Positions 27,497-37,671 of a DNA stretch of 64,000 bases are shown one piece after another. Numbering within the stretch: the stretch's first letter is position 1; each line of letters opens with the position of its first letter. The notes beneath the pieces are model-generated. The model saw only the letters and a program-made list of their open reading frames with translations, made no database searches and was not told the DNA's origin. The stretch is taken from assembly GCA_043732185.1 (NCBI GenBank), contig JAYTHY010000059.1, forward strand, positions 28,962 through 92,961, read 5' to 3'. The translations under genes and the position numbers were made by a program. The DNA is from Fibrobacteria bacterium (GTDB lineage Bacteria; Fibrobacterota; Fibrobacteria; UBA11236).

Positions 27497-28471
27497 TTAA
27501 TCTACGAGGATGCCGGAAGGCAAAATATATTTTTCGGGGTTTTGAGGGATGCCGTCGCGGTGGACTTCATAATGCAGGTGGGTTCCTGTGGCCCGCCCAG
27601 TATCACCCATATAACCTACCAGTCCGTATCGCTTTACCAACTGTCCCTTTTCCACCATTACTTTGGCCATGTGGCCATATTTGGTCAGGTAGCCATTTCC
27701 ATGATCGATAACCACCAAATTCCCAAAATTGCCGCTACTTGCACTGGAGGCCACAATACCGTCCGCACTGGCATAAATTGGCGTCCATTTGCTGTTCGCA
27801 ATGTCCAAGCCCTCATGCACGGCTTTTTCACCCGTGACAGGGTGGAGGCGTGAACCAAATCCACTGGTGATGTTTCCCCTGGTGGGCAGGATGAATGGAG
27901 TGTGTTCCCATAGATTATGCCGATAGTGCACGAATTCTGCTATTTCCTGAAAACTGCCATTTGTGAACTTGATTTTACCTTGCAACTGGTGATTTTTAAG
28001 GCTTGAGTGCTGGATATTCTCTGCGACCTCCATGCCATAGGGTAGGTTTGCAGTTTCTGGGCGCCTTCCACCTACGCCAAAGGCTAGAAAATCTTTGTCA
28101 TGGCTGTTCATGCCATACAATGCGCGAATTTTCTCTTCAAAGTGACTCAGGCTATCCAAGGTGGTTTCCATTCCAATTTGTTGCGTGATGACTTCGGAAA
28201 GGTCCTTTTTTAAGGCGGCATTTTTCTTTTCTCCATATTCCAGACTGGCTTCACGGTATAGCCAGGTTCCCGTCTCAGTCAAAAGACCCGCTAGACCAAG
28301 TGTCAGTACGCCTGTAATAAGCAGAAAAAGGTTTCTAAAGGTCGCGTTTAAGGGGAAGAATCGGGAGCGATTGCTCGACCTCCACTGCCAAGAAACCAGG
28401 TAGTTTTTCCCCGCAATAATGTTAAAAATCTTGGCGAAAAGAGCTTCCGCAAAGGTGACTTTGTGCTTCAT
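27497..28471 (-). CDS. M23 family metallopeptidase (TM + coiled coil + M23)
   Basis: ITSGFGSR.HP, HEGLD, YGHM, GRATGTHLHYEV; start uncertain (28471 or 28537). Confidence 0.92.
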   Translation of the reverse strand: MKHKVTFAEALFAKIFNIIAGKNYLVSWQWRSSNRSRFFPLNATFRNLFLLITGVLTLGLAGLLTETGTWLYREASLEYGEKKNAALKKDLSEVITQQIGMETTLDSLSHFEEKIRALYGMNSHDKDFLAFGVGGRRPETANLPYGMEVAENIQHSSLKNHQLQGKIKFTNGSFQEIAEFVHYRHNLWEHTPFILPTRGNITSGFGSRLHPVTGEKAVHEGLDIANSKWTPIYASADGIVASSASSGNFGNLVVIDHGNGYLTKYGHMAKVMVEKGQLVKRYGLVGYMGDTGRATGTHLHYEVHRDGIPQNPEKYILPSGILVD

Positions 28472-28641
28472 CCTGTCCCGGTTTAAAGACTTTGAAAGTC
28501 TAGTGACTCCAAGGATAATAGTCAAGTGATAATGCACGGGCCTAAGTGAGCCTGGGACTTGGGTTTAGAAATCAGCTCAGTATGCGCGGAAACCTTGCGG
28601 AGGGGGTGGTTTTTTTAGTAGGATACGCTTACGGAACAAGC

Positions 28642-29550
28642 ATGAAATACTTGAGTATTCTCGCCTGGTGGCTATTGTTGTTGTTTTCCTGGCAGGTTTC
28701 CGCAGCCATTTTGGACGGTGCGCATTACCTTTTTTGGGGGATAGCGGGTATTTATTTCTTAAAAGCCGGCTACGTTGGGTTTGCCGGAATTGTTTATTTC
28801 CGATATTTAAGCTTTCGATCGCAAAAGTCCTATGAAACGATGGTCGAATCTTTCAACCGCATTGCCGATCAGCCTATTCCTATTGAGAAACAACCTAAGA
28901 TATCATGGGTTAACCCTTTATTAAATCTAATCTTAGTCATTATCGCGACAGTCGATTTTTCCCTGGCCTTTATGTGGAATCAATCGATTTTTCTAGGGAC
29001 GCTTTTATTGGATTTGTTCGTCTGGCTGTTAATTTTGCGTTACGTGGTTAGGACATACTGGTTAAAATCGGTGGGAAGAAGAGAAAAGATCAAAGAGTTC
29101 TTAGACAATTCCAGAAGTAAAATGCGCACAACTAGCCAGCCGCCCACCCAGATGGAAAAGCCAGCCCAGTCCCCGGCTCCCTTTTGGATTTTGACCGCAT
29201 TTTCTTTGCTGGCCACCCTCAGCATTTTTGGATGGCGATGGCAGGCCGCCGAACGAAATTACCGTGTCAATGACCTTAAAAATTGCATGGTCAAATGCAT
29301 CGGCTTTGCCGCCGAACGTTTTTATCAAAATGGGCAAAAAGAAATGAAATTAGCCAAGGAAACGTGTGTCCAAGACTGGGGAAAAGAAATCAATTTTTCC
29401 CTGGATTTGCATGACGGCGAAATATTCCTTCGTGGCTCCGAAAAGGAGGGCATCGATTTTTTCGGTGATGGAACGTCAGGCAATGAAGGTTTGGTTTTGG
29501 ATCCATCCGGCCGCTTTAGGAGCAACTGGGTTTTGCGCGAGGCCGAATAA
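28642..29550 (+). CDS. Hypothetical polytopic membrane protein with C-terminal soluble domain
   Basis: About 5 hydrophobic segments; long ORF. Confidence 0.6.
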   Translation: MKYLSILAWWLLLLFSWQVSAAILDGAHYLFWGIAGIYFLKAGYVGFAGIVYFRYLSFRSQKSYETMVESFNRIADQPIPIEKQPKISWVNPLLNLILVIIATVDFSLAFMWNQSIFLGTLLLDLFVWLLILRYVVRTYWLKSVGRREKIKEFLDNSRSKMRTTSQPPTQMEKPAQSPAPFWILTAFSLLATLSIFGWRWQAAERNYRVNDLKNCMVKCIGFAAERFYQNGQKEMKLAKETCVQDWGKEINFSLDLHDGEIFLRGSEKEGIDFFGDGTSGNEGLVLDPSGRFRSNWVLREAE

Positions 29551-29568
29551 TGGGTGATGGTAAGCGTT

Positions 29569-30447
29569 TCAGGCTTGAAGTTTTGCGACTTTCATTTGAT
29601 CGAGAACCTTGTACGGGACCCGGACGCTTCCAGGTGCATTTCTGCCATCCGGCCGCTTAGTATGGAAGTCCGCCCCGCCTGAACAGATTAGTCCATGTTT
29701 TAGGGCAAAGGCTTGATACTTCTGACACGTTGCATTCGTTTGGCCGTGGCAGTAAGTTTCGATGCCCATTAGGCCGCATTCCACTAACATTTCCAGAAGA
29801 TCGTCGCGGTTGGTCTTGGAGGGGTGTGCCAGCACAGGAACGCCACCAGCATCTAAGATCAACTCTATGGCTTCCCGTGGAGTAAGCTTAACGGTATCGA
29901 TATCCGTCATGCAATCGCTTTCATTTCCCAAGTATTTGTTGAAGGCTTCCTGAAAAGTTGAAACGTATTCTTCTTCAACCAGCTGGGTGGCGATATGGGC
30001 GCGACCCACACTACCCCCCTGCGCCCGGGCCATCACATTTTCATAATTCAGGGCGACGCCTTTTTTTTCAAGGTTGTTGACTATTTGCTTAACGCGATCG
30101 ATGCGACGCGTACGCAATTCAACCAAAGTTCGGTTTAGCCTCAAGTGGGAAGGATCAAACAGGTAACCCAGGATATGAATGTCGCTTCTGTCTACTTGCG
30201 AGCTGATTTCGACGCCAGGAATATATTCGATGCCCAATTTAAGGGCGTGCTCGCGGCCCTCTTCAAAGGAATCGATATTGTCGTGATCGGTGATCGCGAT
30301 GGCTGTCAGCTTCTGTTCATGGCAAAAATCGATCAGGTCACGGACCTTCAGGGTCCCATCCGAAAAAGTTGAATGCATATGCAAGTCCACATACTCTTGG
30401 GAAGATGGTTTCTCACGAACCTTACCGGCGAATTTACTGGATTTCAT
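29569..30447 (-). CDS. PHP-domain phosphoesterase (TrpH/YciV-like)
   Basis: DLHMHSTFSDG, AITDHD, GVEIS, HILGY, VLAHP, GADFH. Confidence 0.92.
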   Translation of the reverse strand: MKSSKFAGKVREKPSSQEYVDLHMHSTFSDGTLKVRDLIDFCHEQKLTAIAITDHDNIDSFEEGREHALKLGIEYIPGVEISSQVDRSDIHILGYLFDPSHLRLNRTLVELRTRRIDRVKQIVNNLEKKGVALNYENVMARAQGGSVGRAHIATQLVEEEYVSTFQEAFNKYLGNESDCMTDIDTVKLTPREAIELILDAGGVPVLAHPSKTNRDDLLEMLVECGLMGIETYCHGQTNATCQKYQAFALKHGLICSGGADFHTKRPDGRNAPGSVRVPYKVLDQMKVAKLQA

Positions 30448-30618
30448 GGACTTTCCTAAGGGCAGAGCTCAAGCCATTAGGCAGAACTGCTCCTTTTATA
30501 ATAGCACAAAGTCTACTCCAATACTACGCATCTCTTGTGGTGCAGATTACGGATGTGGGTCGGGGTTGGAATAACCCAGCTCGAGCAGTAAATTTACCCT
30601 TTTAAACGGAAAGAGAAT

Positions 30619-31716
30619 ATGTTGCATCCCATAGTCTTGGCTGGTGGTCGTGGTGAACGTTTTTGGCCTTATAGCAATGCCCAACACCCCAAACAACTCC
30701 TTCCCCTTGTGACTGAAAAATCCATGCTGGAAGACACTTTGGATAACCTGAGGAAATTCAAAAAAGATCTTAAGATACGGCTAATTATTGGAAAAAATTT
30801 AGAAAAGCCGGTAACTCGGTTGGTCGGGAAGCAGAAGGGCGTGGAGGTAGTGGCGGAACCGATCGGTAGAAATACCGCTGCGGCCATTGCTCTAGCTGCG
30901 CGACTCATTTCCCGAGTGGATCCCAAAGGGGTGATGCTGGTTTTAACCGCGGACCATGCTATTTCACCTGCCAAAAAATTTGCGCAGGCCATGCGCGCTG
31001 CCGCTAAAGTTGCGGCGCGGGGGGATTGCTTGGTTACTTTCGGCATTCAGCCCAACCGACCAGATGTGGGGTTTGGCTACATAGAAGTGGATACGACGGT
31101 TCGTTCCGGTCATGCCTTATCCAAAGTGGAAGGCCTAGCCAACTTTCCAGTAAAACGCTTTGTCGAGAAGCCGGACCATGCAGCGGCCAAGGCTTATGTG
31201 GAGTCCGGAAAGTTTTTCTGGAATAGTGGCATGTTTGCTTGGCGAGTGGATTATTTATGGGAGCAGTTTCGGAAACATCAGCCCAAAATAGCGGAAATTT
31301 TTGAATCAGCCGGAGATTTGAATCCTAAAAGTCCAACCTTTGCCGCGAAGTTGAAAAAGATCTACCGCGATTTGCCGGAGGTGTCCATCGACAATGGAAT
31401 AATGGAAAAAGCCGAAAGTATTCAAGTGGTCGTACCTGAGTTTAGCTGGGATGATATCGGCTCATGGACGGCTTTGGAACGCCTACATAAAGCGGATGCG
31501 GCAGGCAATCGAACAGTGGGCGCCATTGTTACTTTGGAATCCAACGGCAATACGCTTTTTGCGGAGCATGGGATGATCGCTGCCTTTGGAGTTTCGGATT
31601 TGCTGATCGTGCAAACCGGTGGGGTCACGCTAGTCCTTCCTAAAGACAAGGCGCCTCGTCTGAAGGAATTGGTAAAACGCGTTCAGCAAGATAAGGCGCT
31701 GGCCAAATACCTCTAA
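30619..31716 (+). CDS. manC: Mannose-1-phosphate guanylyltransferase
   Basis: LAGGRGERFWP..PKQ, EPIGRNTA, ADH, FVEKP, WNSGMF, WDDIGSW. Confidence 0.93.
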   Translation: MLHPIVLAGGRGERFWPYSNAQHPKQLLPLVTEKSMLEDTLDNLRKFKKDLKIRLIIGKNLEKPVTRLVGKQKGVEVVAEPIGRNTAAAIALAARLISRVDPKGVMLVLTADHAISPAKKFAQAMRAAAKVAARGDCLVTFGIQPNRPDVGFGYIEVDTTVRSGHALSKVEGLANFPVKRFVEKPDHAAAKAYVESGKFFWNSGMFAWRVDYLWEQFRKHQPKIAEIFESAGDLNPKSPTFAAKLKKIYRDLPEVSIDNGIMEKAESIQVVVPEFSWDDIGSWTALERLHKADAAGNRTVGAIVTLESNGNTLFAEHGMIAAFGVSDLLIVQTGGVTLVLPKDKAPRLKELVKRVQQDKALAKYL

Positions 31717-32807
31717 GGCTGCATATTTTCCGTCGACGGATTTCGATAAACGACTCGCAGGCGCGGATTCAGAAACGAAGTGTCCCATGGGGCATCCTCT
31801 GGATCAAAATGCGCCTCTACATCCGTGTCCGCTAGGCTTGCAAGATGTAGCAATGGGCTCTGTAGTCCAATGCTCAGCGGTGTTTGATCAAAGAAACCCA
31901 GCAGTAAACCCGTCGAATCCGCTTCAAGGCAAGGTAAACCTAAAGTGCATTCCGGCGGAGGGGGAGGGGCGGAAAAGGGTGCACTTGAGGACCAGAGGAT
32001 AACCAAAGACTTTACGTTTCCGGTTGCTTTGTTTGCCTCCATGGCCTTCTGCAGAACGTCCTGCTGAAATGGAGATGCAAGGCCTGGCCATAGGAATATC
32101 TGGGTGTTTTCCGGTCGAAGTCCAAGCCCAGCCAATTTTGAGGAGGCTTCTTGTAAATGGTCCTTACCAGGCTTGAGGCGGGTCCATTTGCAAGCGATGC
32201 GGGTATTGGCAAAGCGCCATAAGGTGGTGGTCAATATCATTCTGCGCAAATGATTGGACGGCGTTTGCGGCTTCAATATAATGTTTGCAGAAGGACTTTC
32301 GGCTTGTCTGGCAATTTCAATACGCAGCGGTGCCTGTGAAGACTGAACAAGGTGGCCCAGCAAAACAGGAGTAGACTCTCTAAGGTTTAAAACTAACTGC
32401 GGCTGAAAATCCACCATTTTTTTTTCTAATTCTTTGAAATGCGTTTCTCCCCAGTAGAATTCTTCCGGCACTTGCTCCATTACGGAATTGGGTCCAAAAA
32501 GGCTGGTAAGAAAAGGTGTGAAACGATGATCGGCAAGAAGTCGCAGTTCCATTGCTTCTAAATCTTGGGCCAAGCATTGGAGCAGCGGCACCGCGACGAG
32601 AATTTCCACCAAAGTATCGGGGAGCAGCACCACTACCCGTCGAGCCTGAAAAATGGCGTTTCCAATGTGAAAAGGCGGTTCTACCCCTCGTCCCTTCGAC
32701 TTCCAGGCCAGGTATTTTCGAACCTGTTGGTCGGTCAGAAAATTCAGGGCCTTATGGGGCCACCGTTTTCCAATTCGAGGAGAGCGGCCTAGAATTTTGA
32801 GGGCCAT
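31713..32807 (-). CDS. Glycosyltransferase family 9 (heptosyltransferase)-like protein, divergent
   Basis: RVVVLLPDTLVEILVAVPLLQCL resembles the GT9 N-terminus; IGLQSPLLHLA resembles xGxDSGxxHLA. Confidence 0.45.
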   Translation of the reverse strand: MALKILGRSPRIGKRWPHKALNFLTDQQVRKYLAWKSKGRGVEPPFHIGNAIFQARRVVVLLPDTLVEILVAVPLLQCLAQDLEAMELRLLADHRFTPFLTSLFGPNSVMEQVPEEFYWGETHFKELEKKMVDFQPQLVLNLRESTPVLLGHLVQSSQAPLRIEIARQAESPSANIILKPQTPSNHLRRMILTTTLWRFANTRIACKWTRLKPGKDHLQEASSKLAGLGLRPENTQIFLWPGLASPFQQDVLQKAMEANKATGNVKSLVILWSSSAPFSAPPPPPECTLGLPCLEADSTGLLLGFFDQTPLSIGLQSPLLHLASLADTDVEAHFDPEDAPWDTSFLNPRLRVVYRNPSTENMQP

Positions 32808-32832
32808 TGTAATATACTAGCAAAAGAAATTC

Positions 32833-35034
32833 ATGAAGGCATTATTTCCCATTCTTGAAGTTGTTCCGGCATTGCTCCTGTGCATTGTAGGTGTGAATTT
32901 ATTTCCCAGAGCCTTTCCGTCTCATTACGAGGCTCTGCTGATTGGCGCTTTGATAACTCAAGCCGTCCTTTTTCTAGTTCTGACCCGGTCGCGAAAATCT
33001 CAATATCGGATGGGCAGCTTTACTCAAGTATTGTGGTTATTCACTTTCAGCTGGGTGAGCATTCACCTACTGGGGGGAATACAGTTCCGTTTGAATTTGG
33101 TCTTGGCCTTTTCAGTTGCAGCGTTGATCGGCACCCTGTCCCATCCCGTGCATTCGCTTTACATCATCCTGCTTACAATTACAGCAACCATTGTTAGTGT
33201 TACAAATCGCCTCTATGGATTTTTACCAGGTTCAGTGGTAGCAACTCTTCCAAATATTCCTGAGTACGTTTTCTCGGTTTTCTTTCCGATAGTCAGCGTA
33301 GTCCTATTTCAAGTGGTGCTATTGGGTTTCAAGCGCGGTACCCAGGCTTCACCTGCGCGTCCTGTTGCCGCTCCGGAGGCAACTACAGCTTTGATCAAAG
33401 GGCCGGACAGGCCCGTGCCAAAGAGTTCTGTCATCATGGCTATTGATGAGCAAAACCAGGATGAAGCGGCGGCAAGTCAGGCCTTGAGTCGTGTTTATTT
33501 AGAAACCCAAGGGGAGCAAGCCCTAAAGGACATGAAAGATATTTTGAGTACGGTCGTCTATTTCATGAGCCGAAATTTTAAAGCCTATACGTCCATTGGA
33601 TTCCTGATTACGGAACTCGGCGATAAATTGGCGATCAATTCCGTTGTATCTAAAAGCCGTAATATCAACTATGACTGCCTCATCGATTTTGGCAAAGGTG
33701 TCATCGGATCCGTAGTGAATAAACCCGCAGGATTCATCACTGGAAATTTGAAATCCTATACAGGTGAGCTGGAATATTATTCGGTGCAGGAAGGTATCAA
33801 CTCCATAATGATTATGCGCATTGTGGATAATCAAACCAAGAGCATACAAGGTTTGCTGGTGGTGGATTCGGAGAGCCTCAGAGCCTTTACCGATGAGCAT
33901 AAGGAACTAATGTACCGATTTACCCAAATCGCATCGGGCTTGATCACCAGCGCCAGGCTCACCTACCAGATGCAAAAGGTGGCCGAACAAGCCGATTTGC
34001 AATATGAGATTTCCAAAAAGCTTTCTGAGGCGCTTAAGGTCGAGGACGTGATTGAAGTTCTTACGCAGTCCTTATTGCGTTCCTTTGAGCATGAACGCAT
34101 GATTATCTGCGCCTACAATACCGCCACGGCCAAGGGCGTGCTTTGGCGCGTTATAGGCAATGCCGGTGGACTTGCCGAAGGCATGGAATTCGATATCAAT
34201 AATGAACGCAGTCTTTATGGAAGTATTTTCCGCAATCGTCGGTCCGTAGTGGTATTAGGCTTTAGATCCGAGCAGCGTTACATACGCTTCGACTATGACG
34301 AACCCGCCGAGGCAAGGCCGCAAGACATTTTGATGGCCCCGATTCATGATGATAGGCAGTCGGTTTGGGCCGTTATCGGTATTGAATCAAACCGTCCGGG
34401 CGTGTATTCCCAAACCGAGTTGCAGTTGCTAAAGACCATTATGGCAAATGTGACCACGGCTTTAACCAAAGCCAGAATGTATACGGAGATGGAGAAGCTG
34501 GCCACCATTGATGGCTTAACTCAAATCGCCAACCACCGCAAGTTCCAGGATATTCTGACGCAGGAGCTGGAAAGATCGCAACGGTATAATTCTCCGTTAA
34601 CCTTACTTCTGTTGGATATTGATCATTTCAAGAAGTTCAACGACACGTATGGCCATCCGGTGGGAGATTTGGTATTGCAACAGGTGGCGAAAGCGCTGCA
34701 AGGATCTATTCGCACTACGGATTATTGCGCCCGTTATGGTGGTGAGGAATTCGTGGTGGTCTTAATCCAGGCTGATGAGGTTCAGTCACGGGTTCTGGCG
34801 GAACGTATTCGAGCCGCAGTCGAGAACCTACAGATTCCAAATGATAACCAAGTATTAAGGGTAACGGTCAGTATCGGCAGTGCAACTTGCCCCAATGATG
34901 CGGGCACCAAACAAGAGCTCATCGACAATGCCGACAAGGCCATGTATTTTTCCAAGCAAGGTGGGCGCAACCGGGTTTCCTATTTTTCCCAGATCAAGGG
35001 GACTGCTGCGGCCATTGCGCCGGGCGTCCATTAA
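32833..35034 (+). CDS. Membrane diguanylate cyclase (TMs-GAF-GAF-GGDEF)
   Basis: N-terminal TMs, two GAF-like regions, DGLT, DIDHFKKFNDTYGH, RTTD I-site, RYGGEEF. Confidence 0.93.
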   Translation: MKALFPILEVVPALLLCIVGVNLFPRAFPSHYEALLIGALITQAVLFLVLTRSRKSQYRMGSFTQVLWLFTFSWVSIHLLGGIQFRLNLVLAFSVAALIGTLSHPVHSLYIILLTITATIVSVTNRLYGFLPGSVVATLPNIPEYVFSVFFPIVSVVLFQVVLLGFKRGTQASPARPVAAPEATTALIKGPDRPVPKSSVIMAIDEQNQDEAAASQALSRVYLETQGEQALKDMKDILSTVVYFMSRNFKAYTSIGFLITELGDKLAINSVVSKSRNINYDCLIDFGKGVIGSVVNKPAGFITGNLKSYTGELEYYSVQEGINSIMIMRIVDNQTKSIQGLLVVDSESLRAFTDEHKELMYRFTQIASGLITSARLTYQMQKVAEQADLQYEISKKLSEALKVEDVIEVLTQSLLRSFEHERMIICAYNTATAKGVLWRVIGNAGGLAEGMEFDINNERSLYGSIFRNRRSVVVLGFRSEQRYIRFDYDEPAEARPQDILMAPIHDDRQSVWAVIGIESNRPGVYSQTELQLLKTIMANVTTALTKARMYTEMEKLATIDGLTQIANHRKFQDILTQELERSQRYNSPLTLLLLDIDHFKKFNDTYGHPVGDLVLQQVAKALQGSIRTTDYCARYGGEEFVVVLIQADEVQSRVLAERIRAAVENLQIPNDNQVLRVTVSIGSATCPNDAGTKQELIDNADKAMYFSKQGGRNRVSYFSQIKGTAAAIAPGVH

Positions 35035-35085
35035 CTCTCCTAAGCCTTAGTTGTGTCCTCGGGGGTCATGATTTACCTTTAGGCT

Positions 35086-35988
35086 ATGGCTAAAGTGCTG
35101 GTGGTTGGGCTAAATCCGGCCTGGCAGACAATTCTGGAATTCCCGAGCCTCTGTATGGGCCAGGTTAATCGGGCGCGTTCCAAAACCAATATCGCCGCCG
35201 GTAAGGGATTCAATGCTGCCAAGGTACTCGCTCGCTTGGGTCATGAAGTTTGGCTGCTGCAAATTTTGGGAGGCAGTAGGGGCCGCCTATGTTTGCAGGG
35301 CTGTGAAGCGCATGGCATACGCAGTGTGGCAGCTTGGGCTGAAGAAGAAACACGTCAATGTTATACGCTGCTGGATATCACGGCTCATACTGCCACGGAA
35401 ATTATTGAACCTTTTTCTGTGTCCAAACCTAATTTAGATACTGAACTTCTGGAACTATTGCCGATGGACCCGCTAGCCTTTGAGGCATTGGTATTTTGTG
35501 GTTCGATACCGGCGGGTGTGTCCCCGAGAATTTTCACTGATGTGCGATCTCGTTTTGCCGCCCGGATTGCTGTGCTGGATGCCTGGCAGGGGATTGATGC
35601 CCATTTTCTGGCCCAGGTCACCTGCGCAAAAATGAATGCAGAGGAATTTTCGGATCTGCAAAAAAAATTAAGTGTGCCGCTTGGTCAGGGACCGAGTCCC
35701 TTATTTGCAATTACGGCGGGACCGGGGGAAGCACGCATGCTACGGGGGCTGGAAATTTTAGGCCGATTCAAACCACCGGTACTGGAGGGCGCCATCAATC
35801 CCATCGGGGCAGGGGATACCGTTACGGCGGGTCTTGTCCATCATCTTTTGCAGGGTCTCGCAGCACCCGAGTCCTTTCGGCGCGCTCTGGCTATGGGCTC
35901 CGCCAGCTGTTTGAATCGATTCCCAGCGGAATATTCCGAAGCAGAGTATTTGCGGCTGATCCCGGAAGTGGTAAGCCTTAATGTCTAA
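35086..35988 (+). CDS. PfkB-family (1-phosphofructokinase-like) carbohydrate kinase
   Basis: LNPA, AGKGFNAA, NPIGAGD. Confidence 0.85.
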   Translation: MAKVLVVGLNPAWQTILEFPSLCMGQVNRARSKTNIAAGKGFNAAKVLARLGHEVWLLQILGGSRGRLCLQGCEAHGIRSVAAWAEEETRQCYTLLDITAHTATEIIEPFSVSKPNLDTELLELLPMDPLAFEALVFCGSIPAGVSPRIFTDVRSRFAARIAVLDAWQGIDAHFLAQVTCAKMNAEEFSDLQKKLSVPLGQGPSPLFAITAGPGEARMLRGLEILGRFKPPVLEGAINPIGAGDTVTAGLVHHLLQGLAAPESFRRALAMGSASCLNRFPAEYSEAEYLRLIPEVVSLNV

Positions 35989-36721
35989 GCTCATGCTTCT
36001 TTGCACGGCTACGCTCGGAGAAATGGAGGCGTGCATCAGCGGCTTAGGCGAGCGATTTGCATCCTTGCCGGAACTGTGCGGCAGGCCATGGGCTAGGTCC
36101 TTGGTTGTTGGACAGCAAACCTATTGCCTGGCGGTTACGGGCGCTGGCATTCCCTTGACTATGGCGCGCTTGCTTCCCTTGACGGCAGAGCTCTCTCCTT
36201 CCCTAATCGTCAATCTTGGAATTGCTGGTGCGTATCCGGGCTCTGACCTTGACCTTGACCTTGGCGATCTTGTGGCAGGTGAATCGGAATGCTTCGGGGA
36301 CTTGGGACTGGAATTGCCTGGTTCCGAGTCCTTTTTACCCTTGGCGACTCTGCCCTGGGCCGATGACATCTACCGGCAACCGCTCTCATTAGAAATGAAT
36401 ACTTGGACGTGGACTCCGCAAGAGCCCAAGGGCCGGGATGTCAGCCCGGTTGGGTTTCGCCGTGGCCATGGCTGTACGGTAAACCAATGCACGGGTAAGG
36501 AAGTCACCGGCACGTTACGACGGGCACTTTTTCAAGCAGACTTTGAATCTATGGAAGGTGCGGCCGTAGCTTTGGTGGCCAAAATACAGGAAATTCCAAT
36601 TAGCGAAATGCGAGCCATCAGTAACTTTGCATCGACACGCGACATGCGACCGGAAAATATAGCTCTGGCTCTCGGTAACCTGGGCGTTTACATCACAGCT
36701 TGGCTCGGACGTGCTGCATGA
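35981..36721 (+). CDS. mqnB: Futalosine hydrolase
   Basis: NLGIAGAY, TVNQCTG, ESMEGAAVA, EMRAISN..RD; adjacent to mqnD. Confidence 0.88.
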   Translation: MSKLMLLCTATLGEMEACISGLGERFASLPELCGRPWARSLVVGQQTYCLAVTGAGIPLTMARLLPLTAELSPSLIVNLGIAGAYPGSDLDLDLGDLVAGESECFGDLGLELPGSESFLPLATLPWADDIYRQPLSLEMNTWTWTPQEPKGRDVSPVGFRRGHGCTVNQCTGKEVTGTLRRALFQADFESMEGAAVALVAKIQEIPISEMRAISNFASTRDMRPENIALALGNLGVYITAWLGRAA

Positions 36722-37530
36722 AATTGCGAGCGGCCATATCGCCTTGTCCCAACGATGTATTTATTTTCAGTGGGCTACTGTCCCAGCAGGTGTATCAACC
36801 TGGCGATCCAGAAATGGAATTTAGTTTCCATGATTTGGAAACCATGAATCAAGGTGTACAACGCGGCGAATGGGATATGGCTAAAATTAGTTATGCCAAT
36901 TTTCCTTCCTGCGCCAACGAATATAATTTGCTCCGATGTGGCGGCGCCATCGGTCGAGGCTGCGGGCCTTTGTTGCTGAGCAACCGTAGACATCTGGATC
37001 CGGCTCAACCTGTGCTTATTCCTGGCCGAGGGACTACTGCGAATTTTTTACTCGATTTCTACCGGGAGGGCCTGGCGACAGCAAAGGTATTTATGCCTTT
37101 TGATGCTGTGTATCGAAAGTTAATGGGTTCCGAGCCCTGCCAAGGCGTTGTCATTCATGAAATGCGCTTTACCTATGCTGCAGATGGGTTGCATTTAATA
37201 CAGGATTTAGGCGAACATTGGGAGCGGTCGACGGGTTTTCCCATACCGCTGGGTGCGGTCGCTCTGCGTAAAAGTCTATCAGTTGGTGTTCCGAGTTTGG
37301 TTAGCCAAGTGGAAGCGATGATTCGGCGAAGTTTGGACTGGGCCTATGCCCATCCGGAAACAGCACTGGAATTATGCCGGCAACATTCGCAGTCGATGTC
37401 CAAGGCCGTGTTGGAGGCGCATATTGAGCTGTATGTCAATTCGTTTTCTAGGGATCTCGGCGCGGAAGGGGAAGCGGCTGTAACCTATTTCCTCGAACGT
37501 TTTAACCAGGTACAGCGCACTGCAACTTGA
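36718..37530 (+). CDS. mqnD: 1,4-dihydroxy-6-naphthoate synthase
   Basis: SPCPND, KISY, GRGCGPLL, IHEMRFTY, DLGEHW, IPLG, HIELYVN; ATGA overlap with mqnB. Confidence 0.93.
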   Translation: MKLRAAISPCPNDVFIFSGLLSQQVYQPGDPEMEFSFHDLETMNQGVQRGEWDMAKISYANFPSCANEYNLLRCGGAIGRGCGPLLLSNRRHLDPAQPVLIPGRGTTANFLLDFYREGLATAKVFMPFDAVYRKLMGSEPCQGVVIHEMRFTYAADGLHLIQDLGEHWERSTGFPIPLGAVALRKSLSVGVPSLVSQVEAMIRRSLDWAYAHPETALELCRQHSQSMSKAVLEAHIELYVNSFSRDLGAEGEAAVTYFLERFNQVQRTAT

Positions 37531-37626
37531 GGGTACTTTTTTCCCCAACTTTCTCAAGTCGGGAATTATTTTCCTTCGTAGCCTCCTTGTAACCCCGCTT
37601 TAACTTCCACATAAACCTTCTAGAGA

Positions 37627-37643
37627 TTGGTCTGGTTCTTGCT
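37627..37643 (+). promoter_or_regulatory. Putative sigma54 (-24/-12) promoter of the flg operon
   Basis: TTGGTCTGGTTCTTGCT: GG-N10-GC with TTGC; 28 nt upstream of the flgF ATG, AGGAG SD in between. Confidence 0.65.
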
Positions 37644-37671
37644 CATGTCCCAGGTAGGGGAGGAGCGCATC

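Noticed and set aside
36245..36262. (GACCTT)x3 in mqnB as a phase-variation tract
   Set aside because: Hexamer unit stays in frame (DLDLDL) and is too short
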